DNA of 29,860 nt from a virus (taxonomy: Duplodnaviria; Heunggongvirae; Uroviricota; Caudoviricetes), in the IMG/VR virus record IMGVR_UViG_2703718820_000019, one strand, 5' to 3'. Positions 17,202 through 26,754 of the stretch are shown piece by piece. Under the pieces are notes generated by a model. It did no database searches and was not told the origin of the DNA. It saw only the letters and a program-made list of their open reading frames with translations. Positions within the stretch are counted from its first letter, which is position 1. Every line of letters begins with the position of its first letter. The position numbers and the translations under genes were made by a program.

Positions 17202-17205
17202 AACC

Positions 17206-18114
17206 ATGCCGATTATCGACCTGAACCAGCTACCCGCACCGGATGTGGTCGAGGAGCTGGACTTTGAAACCATTCTTGCCGAACGCAAGGCGACACTGAT
17301 TTCCCTTTACCCGGAAGACCAGCAGGAGGCGGTCGCCCGTACCCTGACGCTGGAATCCGAGCCTCTCGTCAAACTGCTGGAGGAAAATGCGTATCGCGAG
17401 CTTATCTGGCGTCAGCGTGTGAATGAGGCTGCACGGGCGGTGATGCTGGCCTGTGCAGCCGGTAATGACCTTGATGTGATTGGTGCCAATTACAACACCA
17501 CGCGCCTGACTATCACCCCGGCAGATGATTCGACTATCCCGCCGACACCGGCAGTGATGGAGTCTGACACCGATTATCGTCTGCGTATTCAGCAGGCGTT
17601 TGAAGGCTTAAGCGTCGCCGGGTCGGTGGGAGCCTATCAGTATCATGGTCGCAGTGCCGACGGGCGTGTCGCGGATATCTCTGTCACCAGTCCGTCTCCG
17701 GCCTGTGTCACCATCTCTGTGCTGTCACGTGAAAATAACGGTGTGGCATCTGAAGACCTGCTGGCGGTGGTGCGCAACGTCCTGAATGGCGAGGACGTCA
17801 GACCGGTGGCCGACCGTGTGACCGTGCAGTCTGCCGCCATCGTTGAATACCAGATAAATGCCACGCTTTACCTTTACCCTGGCCCCGAAAGCGAACCCAT
17901 TCGCGCTGCCGCCGTGAAAAAACTGGAAGCGTATATCACGGCACAGCACCGGCTGGGGCGCGACATCCGACTGTCTGCCATTTATGCCGCTTTGCATGTG
18001 GAGGGCGTGCAGCGTGTCGAGCTGGCCGCACCACTGGCCGACATCGTGCTCAACAGTACGCAGGCGTCTTTCTGTACCGAATACCGCGTCGTGACCGGAG
18101 GCTCGGATGAGTGA
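17206..18114 (+). CDS. J: Baseplate protein J
   Basis: 302 aa, the P2 gpJ length; conserved position. Confidence 0.92.
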   Translation: MPIIDLNQLPAPDVVEELDFETILAERKATLISLYPEDQQEAVARTLTLESEPLVKLLEENAYRELIWRQRVNEAARAVMLACAAGNDLDVIGANYNTTRLTITPADDSTIPPTPAVMESDTDYRLRIQQAFEGLSVAGSVGAYQYHGRSADGRVADISVTSPSPACVTISVLSRENNGVASEDLLAVVRNVLNGEDVRPVADRVTVQSAAIVEYQINATLYLYPGPESEPIRAAAVKKLEAYITAQHRLGRDIRLSAIYAALHVEGVQRVELAAPLADIVLNSTQASFCTEYRVVTGGSDE

Positions 18115-18718
18115 TTCGCGCCTGCTGCCGACCGGCTCATCACCACTTGAAGTCGCCGCCGCAAAAGCCTGTGCGGAAATTGAAAAAACGCCGGTCAGTA
18201 TTCGTGAGCTGTGGAACCCGGATACCTGCCCGGCAAATCTGCTGCCGTGGCTGGCGTGGTCATTTTCGGTCGACAGGTGGGATGATAAGTGGCCGGAAGC
18301 GACAAAACGCGCTGTTATCCGCGATGCGTATTTCATTCACTGCCATAAGGGCACTATTGGTGCGATTCGCCGTGTGGTGGAGCCGCTCGGCTATCTGATT
18401 GAGGTGAGGGAGTGGTGGCAGCTCAACGAGGAGCCGGGGACGTTCCGTATCGTTGTCGGCGTGCTTGAGCAGGGTATTACCGAGGAAATGTATCAGGAGC
18501 TGGAGCGCCTCGTTGCTGATGCAAAACCGGCAAGCCGCCATCTGACGGGACTGGCTATCAGTTTAAGTACAACCGGCAACATTTTTGCCGGTGCGGGATG
18601 CTATCACGGTGACGCCCTGACGGTTTATCCCTACACTCCGGAGGCCATTATTGTCGGAGGGGATTATTTCCCGGCCTCGGCCATTCATTTAATTGATAAC
18701 CTGAGAGTAAACGCATGA
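18107..18718 (+). CDS. I: Baseplate protein I (tail-fibre attachment)
   Basis: 203 aa; the N-terminal part matches P2 gpI as I remember it (MSDSRLLPTGSSPLEVAAAKACAEIE...); the C-terminus is longer than P2's 176 aa. Confidence 0.9.
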   Translation: MSDSRLLPTGSSPLEVAAAKACAEIEKTPVSIRELWNPDTCPANLLPWLAWSFSVDRWDDKWPEATKRAVIRDAYFIHCHKGTIGAIRRVVEPLGYLIEVREWWQLNEEPGTFRIVVGVLEQGITEEMYQELERLVADAKPASRHLTGLAISLSTTGNIFAGAGCYHGDALTVYPYTPEAIIVGGDYFPASAIHLIDNLRVNA

Positions 18719-20514
18719 CAGTGAAATACTACGCCATTCTGACTAATCAGGGCGCAGCACGGCTGGCTAACGCGACGATGCTCGGCAGTAAGCTGAATCT
18801 GACGCAAATGGCCGTTGGTGATGCGAATGGTGTCTTGCCGACACCAGACCCGGCACAGACAAAACTGATTAACCAGAAACGCATCGCGCCGCTGAATCTT
18901 CTGAGTGTTGACCCGAACAACCAGAGCCAGATTATTGCGGAGCAAATCATCCCTGAGAACGAGGGTGGATTCTGGATCCGTGAGATTGGGCTTTATGATG
19001 ATGAAGGCGTACTCATTGCGGTGGCGAACTGCCCGGAAACGTACAAACCGCAGTTGCAGGAAGGCAGCGGTCGTACCCAGACTATCCGCATGATTCTGGT
19101 TGTCACGAATACCGAAGCCATCACGCTGAAAATCGACCCGTCGGTGGTACTGGCGACCCGTAAATACGTGGATGATGAAGTCCTGGAATTAAGGCTGTAT
19201 GTGGATGACCAGATGAGAAACCACATTGCTGCACAGGATCCTCATACCCAGTATGCACAGAAACATAATCCGACATTTACCGGAGAACCAAAAGCGCCGA
19301 CGCCTGCCGCAGGAAATAACACCACGCGGATTGCGACCACTGCGTTTGTTCAGGCCGCTATTACCGCTCTGATTAACGGTGCGCCAGCCACGCTGGACAC
19401 ACTGAAAGAAATTGCCGCAGCCATTAACAATGACCCGAAATTCAGCACCACCATTAACAATGCGCTGGCACTGAAAGCGCCGCTGTCGAGTCCCGCACTT
19501 ACCGGAACGCCAACAGCACCTACTGCGGCACAGTCGGTCAACAATACACAGATTGCCACCACGGCTTTTGTGAAATCAGCAATTGCGGCAATGGTGGGTT
19601 CTGCCCCTGCGGCACTGGATACACTGAATGAACTGGCGGCGGCGCTGGGGAATGACCCTAACTTTTCAACAACAGTGCTTAATGCACTGGCAGGCAAACA
19701 ACCGCTGGACAATACGCTTACTAATTTGAGTGGAAAGGATGTTGCTGGTCTTCTCGCATACCTTGGTTTGGCTAATTACGCAGACAAAGCAAGTCTGGCG
19801 AATCAGGAGTTTTCTGGTCCCGTATCATCTAAAGACTGCGTTACCGCAACATCGGCAGATGGGGTAACCCGCAAAGTATCGCTTAATGCCAGTACGGGTT
19901 TGAAGATAGTTATTTATGATGGCGGAACTTACAAGGGGGCAATAAACATCCCGGCAAAAGACGGGACAATGGCACTTGTATCTGATTTGGCTAATTTTGC
20001 TGATAAATTGAGTGCTTCTGAGCAATATTTTAAAGGACCTGTTTCATCCGGGGATGGGCTCATAGCAAAATATGGCACCGCAAAAATAATTCTGTCAGCC
20101 CAAAACGGTCAGAGAATTGTTGTTTATACAAACGACACTTACCGTGGAGCTATTAATATTCCACTTCGTGACGGAACTATGGCGCTCCTGGATGATGTTA
20201 CTAATGTTAGCGCAACGCTGCTGGGTATATCTCAGTCATGGCAGAACGTGAAAGCCAGCCGTAGTGCCGGGGTTACGTATACCAACTCAACAGGCAGGCC
20301 CATTGCAGTTTCAATCGCCGGAATAATGGCAACACGTCAGAATGGAGTTCAGTTGTCACTTGCCGTTAATGGCACAGAGGCTTCAAGTTTTGCCGTGACT
20401 GACAGCTCGTTTGACATCAGGGGTAACGTATTTGCGATTGTGCCACCAGGAGCAACTTACAAACTTACAGCAAATAACATTAATTCTATTTTGACCTGGT
20501 CGGAGCTTCGCTAA
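18715..20514 (+). CDS. H: Tail fibre protein, chimeric: P2-H-like N-terminus with a divergent AT-rich distal (receptor-binding) region
   Basis: 599 aa (P2 gpH is 669 aa). The N-terminal ~200 aa are P2-H-like; the region from about 19700 onward drops in GC content and contains tandem protein repeats. Confidence 0.9.
   Translation: MTVKYYAILTNQGAARLANATMLGSKLNLTQMAVGDANGVLPTPDPAQTKLINQKRIAPLNLLSVDPNNQSQIIAEQIIPENEGGFWIREIGLYDDEGVLIAVANCPETYKPQLQEGSGRTQTIRMILVVTNTEAITLKIDPSVVLATRKYVDDEVLELRLYVDDQMRNHIAAQDPHTQYAQKHNPTFTGEPKAPTPAAGNNTTRIATTAFVQAAITALINGAPATLDTLKEIAAAINNDPKFSTTINNALALKAPLSSPALTGTPTAPTAAQSVNNTQIATTAFVKSAIAAMVGSAPAALDTLNELAAALGNDPNFSTTVLNALAGKQPLDNTLTNLSGKDVAGLLAYLGLANYADKASLANQEFSGPVSSKDCVTATSADGVTRKVSLNASTGLKIVIYDGGTYKGAINIPAKDGTMALVSDLANFADKLSASEQYFKGPVSSGDGLIAKYGTAKIILSAQNGQRIVVYTNDTYRGAINIPLRDGTMALLDDVTNVSATLLGISQSWQNVKASRSAGVTYTNSTGRPIAVSIAGIMATRQNGVQLSLAVNGTEASSFAVTDSSFDIRGNVFAIVPPGATYKLTANNINSILTWSELR
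19315..19740 (+). repeat. Tandem ~75-codon repeats within H (NNTxIATTAFV...APAxLDTLxExAAAxxNDPxFSTTxxNALAxK), two copies
   Basis: Copy 1 starts at 19315, copy 2 at 19540 (period 225 nt); the repeat is visible in the translation. Confidence 0.7.
19768..20205 (+). repeat. Tandem 73-codon repeats in the H distal domain (LANxADK...GPVSS...IVxYxxxTYxGAINIPxxDGTMAL), two copies
   Basis: Copy 1 starts at 19768 (LANYADKA...), copy 2 at 19987 (LANFADKL...); period 219 nt, about 45-50% amino-acid identity, in the AT-rich part of H. Confidence 0.7.
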
Positions 20515-20891
20515 TGAATACGGTAATCAAAGAGCAAAAATTCTTTAAGGACTCGGCCGGTGTGATTTTTTGCATCGACATCATGGAAATGAATGCTGAG
20601 TCATGGGGTGAAGAAGTACAGGCCGGATGGCAGGAAATTAGTGCCGATGAAGCGCTATTAATTGCTAATCCACCGCCTACAGAGGAACAGCTATTTGAAC
20701 AGGTTAGGGCGCAGAAACAGGCCCTGATTTCCGAGGCGACTGCAATTATAGATCCACTTAAGGATGCACTGGATGGTGGCTATATCGACGATGCAGACAA
20801 ACCAAGACTGACTGAATGGCAAAAGTACCGCTATGAGGTGACGAAAGTTGATCCGGGAAAACCTGTGTGGCCACCGAAGCCTACAGAATAG
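20514..20891 (+). CDS. G: Tail fibre assembly chaperone (Tfa-like)
   Basis: 125 aa, overlapping the H stop (TAATG); acidic, ending ...PVWPPKPTE, typical of Tfa-family chaperones. Shorter than P2 gpG (175 aa). Confidence 0.8.
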   Translation: MNTVIKEQKFFKDSAGVIFCIDIMEMNAESWGEEVQAGWQEISADEALLIANPPPTEEQLFEQVRAQKQALISEATAIIDPLKDALDGGYIDDADKPRLTEWQKYRYEVTKVDPGKPVWPPKPTE

Positions 20892-20961
20892 GAACGTTTA
20901 AGAAAATGCAGAGATTACGGCTAACTGGCATCATCTCCGGTTTTTATTCAGGGGATCCATC

Positions 20962-21555
20962 ATGCTTATTGGCTATGTCCGCGTATCAACAAATGACCAG
21001 AACACGGAATTGCAGCGTAACGCGCTGGAGTGCGCAGGATGTGAGCTGATTTTTGAGGACAAAATCAGCGGCACGAAGTCCGACAGACCGGGACTGAAAA
21101 AACTGCTCAGGACATTATCGGAGGGGGATACACTGGTAGTCTGGAAGCTGGACCGGCTGGGGCGTAGTATGCGGCATCTGGTCATTCTGGTTGAGGAGCT
21201 GCGCGAACGCGGCATTAATTTTCGCAGCCTGACGGATGCCATTGATACCAGCACGCCGATGGGGCGTTTTTTCTTTCATGTGATGGGTGCCCTGGCTGAA
21301 ATGGAGCGAGAACTCATTGTCGAGCGGACACGCGCCGGACTGGAAGCGGCCAGAGCTAAAGGTCGTATTGGTGGCAGACGTCCGAAACTCACCGCGAGTG
21401 AGTGGGAGCAGGCCGGGCGGTTGCTGGCTGCAGGGGAATCACGTCAACGCGTGGCACTGATTTTTGATATTGGCCTGTCCACGCTCTATAAAAAATTCCC
21501 CGCCTCAGTGACAAAAAATAAATTGTGTCATCCCTTAGCCAACCGGGACAAATAG
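20962..21555 (+). CDS. pin: Pin/Gin/Hin-family serine DNA invertase
   Basis: 197 aa; N-terminal catalytic motif GYVRVSTNDQ (serine nucleophile), resolvase/invertase core and C-terminal HTH. Closely resembles e14 Pin as I remember it. Sits at the P2 Z/fun position between G and FI. Confidence 0.9.
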   Translation: MLIGYVRVSTNDQNTELQRNALECAGCELIFEDKISGTKSDRPGLKKLLRTLSEGDTLVVWKLDRLGRSMRHLVILVEELRERGINFRSLTDAIDTSTPMGRFFFHVMGALAEMERELIVERTRAGLEAARAKGRIGGRRPKLTASEWEQAGRLLAAGESRQRVALIFDIGLSTLYKKFPASVTKNKLCHPLANRDK

Positions 21556-21614
21556 CCTGACATCTCCGGCACAACTGAAAATATCACTCACCCATTAACC
21601 ACGGAGTTAAACGG

Positions 21615-22805
21615 ATGAGTGACTATCATCACGGCGTGCAGGTGCTGGAGATTAACGACGGCACCCGCGTCATTTCCACCGTATCCACTGCCATTGTCGG
21701 CATGGTCTGCACGGCCAGCGATGCGGATGCGGAAACCTTCCCCCTCAATAAACCGGTGCTGATTACCAATGTGCAGAGCGCAATTGCAAAGGCCGGTAAA
21801 AAAGGCACGCTGGCGGCATCGTTGCAGGCCATCGCCGACCAGTCAAAACCGGTCACCGTTGTCGTGCGTGTGGAAGACGGCACCGGCGACGACGAGGAAA
21901 CGAAACTCGCGCAGACCGTTTCCAATATCATCGGCACCACTGACGAAAACGGTCAGTACACCGGACTGAAAGCCCTGCTGGCGGCGGAGTCGGTAACCGG
22001 TGTTAAACCGCGTATTCTTGGTGTGCCGGGGCTGGACACCAAAGAGGTGGCTGTTGCACTGGCATCAGTCTGTCAGAAGCTGCGCGCTTTCGGATATATC
22101 AGCGCATGGGGCTGTAAAACCATTTCCGAGGTGAAAGCCTACCGCCAGAATTTCAGCCAGCGTGAGCTGATGGTCATCTGGCCGGATTTCCTCGCATGGG
22201 ATACGGTCACCAGTACCACCGCCACCGCGTATGCCACCGCCCGTGCGCTGGGTCTGCGTGCCAAAATCGACCAGGAGCAGGGCTGGCATAAAACGCTGTC
22301 CAACGTCGGGGTAAACGGTGTTACCGGCATCAGCGCATCTGTATTCTGGGATTTGCAGGAGTCCGGCACCGATGCTGACCTGCTTAACGAGTCAGGCGTC
22401 ACTACGCTGATTCGCCGCGACGGTTTCCGCTTCTGGGGTAACCGTACCTGCTCTGATGACCCGCTGTTCCTCTTTGAAAACTACACCCGCACCGCGCAGG
22501 TGCTGGCCGACACGATGGCTGAGGCGCACATGTGGGCGGTGGACAAGCCCATCACCGCAACGCTGATTCGCGACATCGTTGACGGCATCAATGCCAAATT
22601 CCGTGAGCTGAAAACAAACGGCTATATCGTGGATGCGACCTGCTGGTTCAGCGAAGAATCCAACGATGCGGAAACCCTCAAGGCCGGAAAACTGTATATC
22701 GACTATGACTATACCCCGGTGCCTCCTCTCGAAAACCTGACCCTGCGCCAGCGTATTACCGATAAATACCTGGCAAATCTGGTCACCTCGGTTAACAGCA
22801 ATTAA
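21615..22805 (+). CDS. FI: Tail sheath protein
   Basis: 396 aa, the P2 gpFI length; conserved position. Confidence 0.95.
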   Translation: MSDYHHGVQVLEINDGTRVISTVSTAIVGMVCTASDADAETFPLNKPVLITNVQSAIAKAGKKGTLAASLQAIADQSKPVTVVVRVEDGTGDDEETKLAQTVSNIIGTTDENGQYTGLKALLAAESVTGVKPRILGVPGLDTKEVAVALASVCQKLRAFGYISAWGCKTISEVKAYRQNFSQRELMVIWPDFLAWDTVTSTTATAYATARALGLRAKIDQEQGWHKTLSNVGVNGVTGISASVFWDLQESGTDADLLNESGVTTLIRRDGFRFWGNRTCSDDPLFLFENYTRTAQVLADTMAEAHMWAVDKPITATLIRDIVDGINAKFRELKTNGYIVDATCWFSEESNDAETLKAGKLYIDYDYTPVPPLENLTLRQRITDKYLANLVTSVNSN

Positions 22806-22817
22806 GGAGCCTGACCG

Positions 22818-23336
22818 ATGGCAATGCCGCGCAAACTCAAGTTAATGAACGTCTTTCTGAACGGCTACAGCTATCAGGGCGTTGCAAAGTCCGTCACGCT
22901 GCCAAAACTGACCCGTAAGCTCGAAAACTATCGCGGTGCGGGGATGAACGGCAGCGCACCGGTAGACCTCGGCCTTGATGACGATGCGCTGTCAATGGAG
23001 TGGTCGCTCGGTGGCTTCCCGGATTCGGTTATCTGGGGGCTTTACGCCGCAACCGGTGTGGATGCCGTGCCGATTCGTTTTGCAGGCTCTTACCAGCGCG
23101 ACGATACCGGCGAAACGGTGGCCGTCGAGGTGGTCATGCGTGGACGTCAGAAAGAAATCGACACCGGCGAGGGCAAACAGGGAGAAGACACCGAGTCGAA
23201 AATCTCCGTGGTCTGCACCTATTTCCGGCTGACGATGGACGGTAAGGAGCTGGTCGAAATCGACACCATCAACATGATTGAGAAGGTGAACGGCGTCGAC
23301 CGGCTGGAGCAACACCGCCGCAATATCGGCCTGTGA
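22818..23336 (+). CDS. FII: Tail tube protein
   Basis: 172 aa, the P2 gpFII length; SD AAGGAG upstream. Confidence 0.95.
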   Translation: MAMPRKLKLMNVFLNGYSYQGVAKSVTLPKLTRKLENYRGAGMNGSAPVDLGLDDDALSMEWSLGGFPDSVIWGLYAATGVDAVPIRFAGSYQRDDTGETVAVEVVMRGRQKEIDTGEGKQGEDTESKISVVCTYFRLTMDGKELVEIDTINMIEKVNGVDRLEQHRRNIGL

Positions 23337-23392
23337 TTTTCATCCGGTCAGCCTGGCTGACCGGTTAACCCCGATTCAGAAGTGAGAAAACC

Positions 23393-23668
23393 ATGAACAA
23401 AGAAAACGTCATTACCCTGGACAATCCGGTCAAACGTGGTGAGCAGGTTATCGAACAGGTCACGCTGATGAAACCCAATGCCGGGACGCTGCGCGGTGTC
23501 AGTCTGGCTGCAGTCGCGAACTCCGAAGTCGATGCACTGATTAAAGTGCTGCCGCGCATGACGGCACCGATGCTGACCGAGCAGGAAGTCGCCGCGCTGG
23601 AACTGCCTGACCTTGTGGCGCTGGCCGGTAAGGTGGTCGGTTTTTTGTCGCCGAACTCGGTGCAGTGA
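23393..23668 (+). CDS. E: Tail assembly chaperone E
   Basis: 91 aa, the P2 gpE length; ends just after a T-rich slippery sequence. Confidence 0.9.
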   Translation: MNKENVITLDNPVKRGEQVIEQVTLMKPNAGTLRGVSLAAVANSEVDALIKVLPRMTAPMLTEQEVAALELPDLVALAGKVVGFLSPNSVQ

Positions 23669-23820
23669 CGTTTCCGAAAAATCTCTCGGTCGATGACCTG
23701 ATGGCGGATGTGGCAGTGATATTTCACTGGCCGCCATCAGAACTGTATCCCATGAGCCTGACCGAACTCATCACATGGCGCGAAAAGGCGCTCCGGCGAA
23801 GCGGAAACACGAATGAGTAA
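23393..23820 (+). CDS. E': Tail assembly chaperone E+E' (programmed -1 frameshift product)
   Basis: Slippery heptamer T_TTT_TTG at 23641-23647 near the end of E. The -1 frame is open from there to a TAA at 23818-23820, overlapping the T start. This is the conserved E/E' arrangement of P2 (analogous to lambda G/GT). Confidence 0.7.
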
Positions 23821-26260
23821 CAATGTAAAATTACAGGTATTGCTCAGGGCTGTTGACCAGGCATCCCGCCCGTTTAAATCCATCCGCACAGCGAGCAAGT
23901 CGCTGTCGGGGGATATCCGGGAAACACAAAAATCACTGCGCGAGCTGAACGGTCACGCATCCCGTATTGAGGGATTTCGCAAGACCAGTGCGCAGCTCGC
24001 CGTGACTGGTCATGCACTTGAAAAGGCACGGCAGGAAGCCGAAGCCCTTGCCACACAGTTTAAAAACACCGAACGTCCGACCCGTGCTCAGGCGAAAGTG
24101 CTGGAATCCGCAAAGCGAGCGGCGGAGGACTTACAGGCGAAATATAACCGCCTGACGGATTCCGTTAAACGCCAGCAGCGGGAACTGGCCGCTGTGGGAA
24201 TTAATACCCGCAATCTTGCACATGATGAGCAGGGACTGAAAAACCGTATCAGTGAAACCACCGCACAGCTTAACCGTCAGCGCGACGCGCTGGCGCGTGT
24301 CAGTGCGCAACAGGCAAAACTTAACGCAGTCAAACAGCGTTATCAGGCCGGAAAGGAACTGGCCGGAAATATGGCCTCAGTAGGCGCTGCCGGTGTGGGG
24401 ATTGCGGCGGCGGGAACGATGGCCGGAGTTAAGTTGCTGATGCCCGGTTATGAGTTTGCGCAGAAAAACTCAGAATTGCAGGCCGTGCTCGGAGTGGCAA
24501 AAGACTCCGCCGAAATGACCGCACTACGCAAACAGGCGCGCCAGCTCGGCGACAATACCGCCGCCTCGGCGGATGATGCGGCCGGTGCACAGATAATCAT
24601 CGCGAAAGCGGGTGGGGATGTTGATGCCATTCAGGCGGCAACGCCGGTCACGCTGAATATGGCGCTGGCGAACCGCCGCACGATGGAAGAAAACGCCGCC
24701 CTGCTGATGGGGATGAAATCCGCCTTTCAGCTTTCAAACGATAAGGTCGCTCATATCGGGGATGTTCTCTCCATGACGATGAACAAAACCGCCGCCGATT
24801 TTGACGGCATGAGCGATGCGCTGACCTATGCCGCACCTGTGGCAAAAAATGCCGGTGTCAGCATTGAAGAAACCGCCGCAATGGTCGGGGCGCTGCATGA
24901 TGCAAAAATCACAGGCTCAATGGCGGGGACGGGAAGCCGTGCCGTGTTAAGCCGTCTGCAGGCACCGACGGGAAAAGCATGGGATGCACTCAAAGAGCTT
25001 GGAGTGAAAACCTCAGACAGCAAGGGAAACACCCGGCCAATATTTACCATTCTGAAAGAAATGCAGGCCAGTTTTGAGAAAAACCGGCTCGGTACTGCCC
25101 AGCAGGCTGAATACATGAAAACTATTTTCGGGGAGGAGGCCAGCTCAGCCGCCGCCGTGCTGATGACTGCCGCCTCAACCGGAAAGCTGGACAAACTGAC
25201 CGCTGCGTTTAAAGCCTCAGACGGGAAGACTGCCGAGCTGGTAAATATCATGCAGGACAACCTCGGCGGTGACTTTAAGGAGTTTCAGTCCGCTTATGAG
25301 GCGGTAGGGACAGACCTGTTTGACCAGCAGGAAGGCGCACTGCGTAAGCTCACACAGACGGCCACAAAGTATGTGTTAAAACTCGACGGCTGGATACAGA
25401 AAAACAAATCACTGGCGTCAACCATCGGCCTCATTGTCGGTGGCGCGCTGGCGCTTATTGGCATCATCGGTGCCATTGGTCTTGTAGCCTGGCCGGTTAT
25501 CACCGGCATCAATGCCATTATCGCGGCAGCAGGCGCAATGGGGGCAATCTTCACGACGGTTAGCAGTGCTGTTATGACGGCCATCGGGGCGATTAGCTGG
25601 CCGGTTGTGGCCGTAGTGGCCGCCATTGTCGCCGGGGCGTTGCTTATCCGTAAATACTGGGAGCCTGTCAGCGCATTCTTTGGCGGTGTGGTTGAAGGGC
25701 TGAAAGCGGCATTTGCGCCGGTGGGGGAACTGTTCACGCCACTGAAGCCGGTGTTTGACTGGCTGGGTGAAAAGTTACAGGCCGCGTGGCAGTGGTTTAA
25801 AAACCTGATTGCCCCGGTCAAAGCCACCCAGGACACCCTGAACCGTTGCCGTGACACGGGCGTCATGTTCGGGCAGGCACTGGCTGACGCGTTGATGCTG
25901 CCGCTTAATGCGTTCAACAAACTGCGCAGTGGTATTGACTGGGTACTGGAAAAACTCGGTGTTATCAACAAAGAGTCAGACACACTTGACCAGACCGCCG
26001 CCAGAACTCATGCCGCCACGTATGGCACCGGTGGTTATATTCCGGCGACCAGCTCTTATGCAGGCTATCAGGCTTATCAGCCGGTCACGGCACCGGCTGG
26101 CCGCTCTTATGTGGACCAGAGTAAAAACGAATATCACATCAGCCTGACGGGTGGTACTGCGCCGGGGACACAGCTTGACCGCCAGTTACAGGATGCGCTC
26201 GAAAAATACGAGCGGGATAAACGTGCGCGCGCCCGTGCCAGCATGATGCATGACGGTTAA
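23813..26260 (+). CDS. T: Tail tape measure protein
   Basis: 815 aa, the P2 gpT length; coiled-coil N-terminal half and hydrophobic Gly/Ala-rich central segment. Confidence 0.95.
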   Translation: MSNNVKLQVLLRAVDQASRPFKSIRTASKSLSGDIRETQKSLRELNGHASRIEGFRKTSAQLAVTGHALEKARQEAEALATQFKNTERPTRAQAKVLESAKRAAEDLQAKYNRLTDSVKRQQRELAAVGINTRNLAHDEQGLKNRISETTAQLNRQRDALARVSAQQAKLNAVKQRYQAGKELAGNMASVGAAGVGIAAAGTMAGVKLLMPGYEFAQKNSELQAVLGVAKDSAEMTALRKQARQLGDNTAASADDAAGAQIIIAKAGGDVDAIQAATPVTLNMALANRRTMEENAALLMGMKSAFQLSNDKVAHIGDVLSMTMNKTAADFDGMSDALTYAAPVAKNAGVSIEETAAMVGALHDAKITGSMAGTGSRAVLSRLQAPTGKAWDALKELGVKTSDSKGNTRPIFTILKEMQASFEKNRLGTAQQAEYMKTIFGEEASSAAAVLMTAASTGKLDKLTAAFKASDGKTAELVNIMQDNLGGDFKEFQSAYEAVGTDLFDQQEGALRKLTQTATKYVLKLDGWIQKNKSLASTIGLIVGGALALIGIIGAIGLVAWPVITGINAIIAAAGAMGAIFTTVSSAVMTAIGAISWPVVAVVAAIVAGALLIRKYWEPVSAFFGGVVEGLKAAFAPVGELFTPLKPVFDWLGEKLQAAWQWFKNLIAPVKATQDTLNRCRDTGVMFGQALADALMLPLNAFNKLRSGIDWVLEKLGVINKESDTLDQTAARTHAATYGTGGYIPATSSYAGYQAYQPVTAPAGRSYVDQSKNEYHISLTGGTAPGTQLDRQLQDALEKYERDKRARARASMMHDG

Positions 26261-26274
26261 GGAGGTGACGAAAA

Positions 26275-26754
26275 ATGATGCTCGCGTTAGGTATGTTTGT
26301 TTTTATGCGCCAGACGCTGCCACACCAGACCATGCAGCGTGAATCAGATTATCGCTGGCCGTCAAATTCCCGTATCGGTAAACGGGATGCCTACCAGTTT
26401 CTCGGCGTTGGCGAGGAAAACATGACGCTGGCCGGTGTGCTTTATCCCGAACTGACCGGCGGCAAGCTGACGATGACCACGCTCAGGCTGATGGCAGAGG
26501 AAGGTCGGGCGTGGCCGTTGCTGGATGGCACCGGCATGATTTACGGCATGTATGTCATCAGCAGGGTGAGTGAAACAGGGAGTATTTTCTTTGCAGACGG
26601 CACACCCCGAAAAATTGATTTTACGCTGTCGCTCACCCGCGTTGACGAATCACTGGCAGCGCTTTATGGCGATATCGGTAAACAGGCGGAATCGCTCATC
26701 GGTAAGGCTGGCAGTATGGCGACTAAATTCACAGGTATGACGGGGGCGGGATAA
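26275..26754 (+). CDS. U: Tail protein U
   Basis: 159 aa, matching P2 gpU as I remember it; SD GGAGG 9 nt upstream. Confidence 0.93.
   Translation: MMLALGMFVFMRQTLPHQTMQRESDYRWPSNSRIGKRDAYQFLGVGEENMTLAGVLYPELTGGKLTMTTLRLMAEEGRAWPLLDGTGMIYGMYVISRVSETGSIFFADGTPRKIDFTLSLTRVDESLAALYGDIGKQAESLIGKAGSMATKFTGMTGAG

Noticed and set aside
20930-20961. A complete 26-bp gix/hix-type crossover site immediately upstream of pin
   Set aside because: Only one half-site-like element (GGTTTTTATTCA) is recognisable; the partner half does not match. Reported as a possible fossil site in findings, not as a functional feature.
24448-25983. Antisense ORFs within the tape measure gene T (e.g. 24826..25260, 25294..25983)
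   Set aside because: Embedded in the T coding sequence on the opposite strand; T is GC- and Ala/Gly-rich, which produces long open antisense frames by chance.
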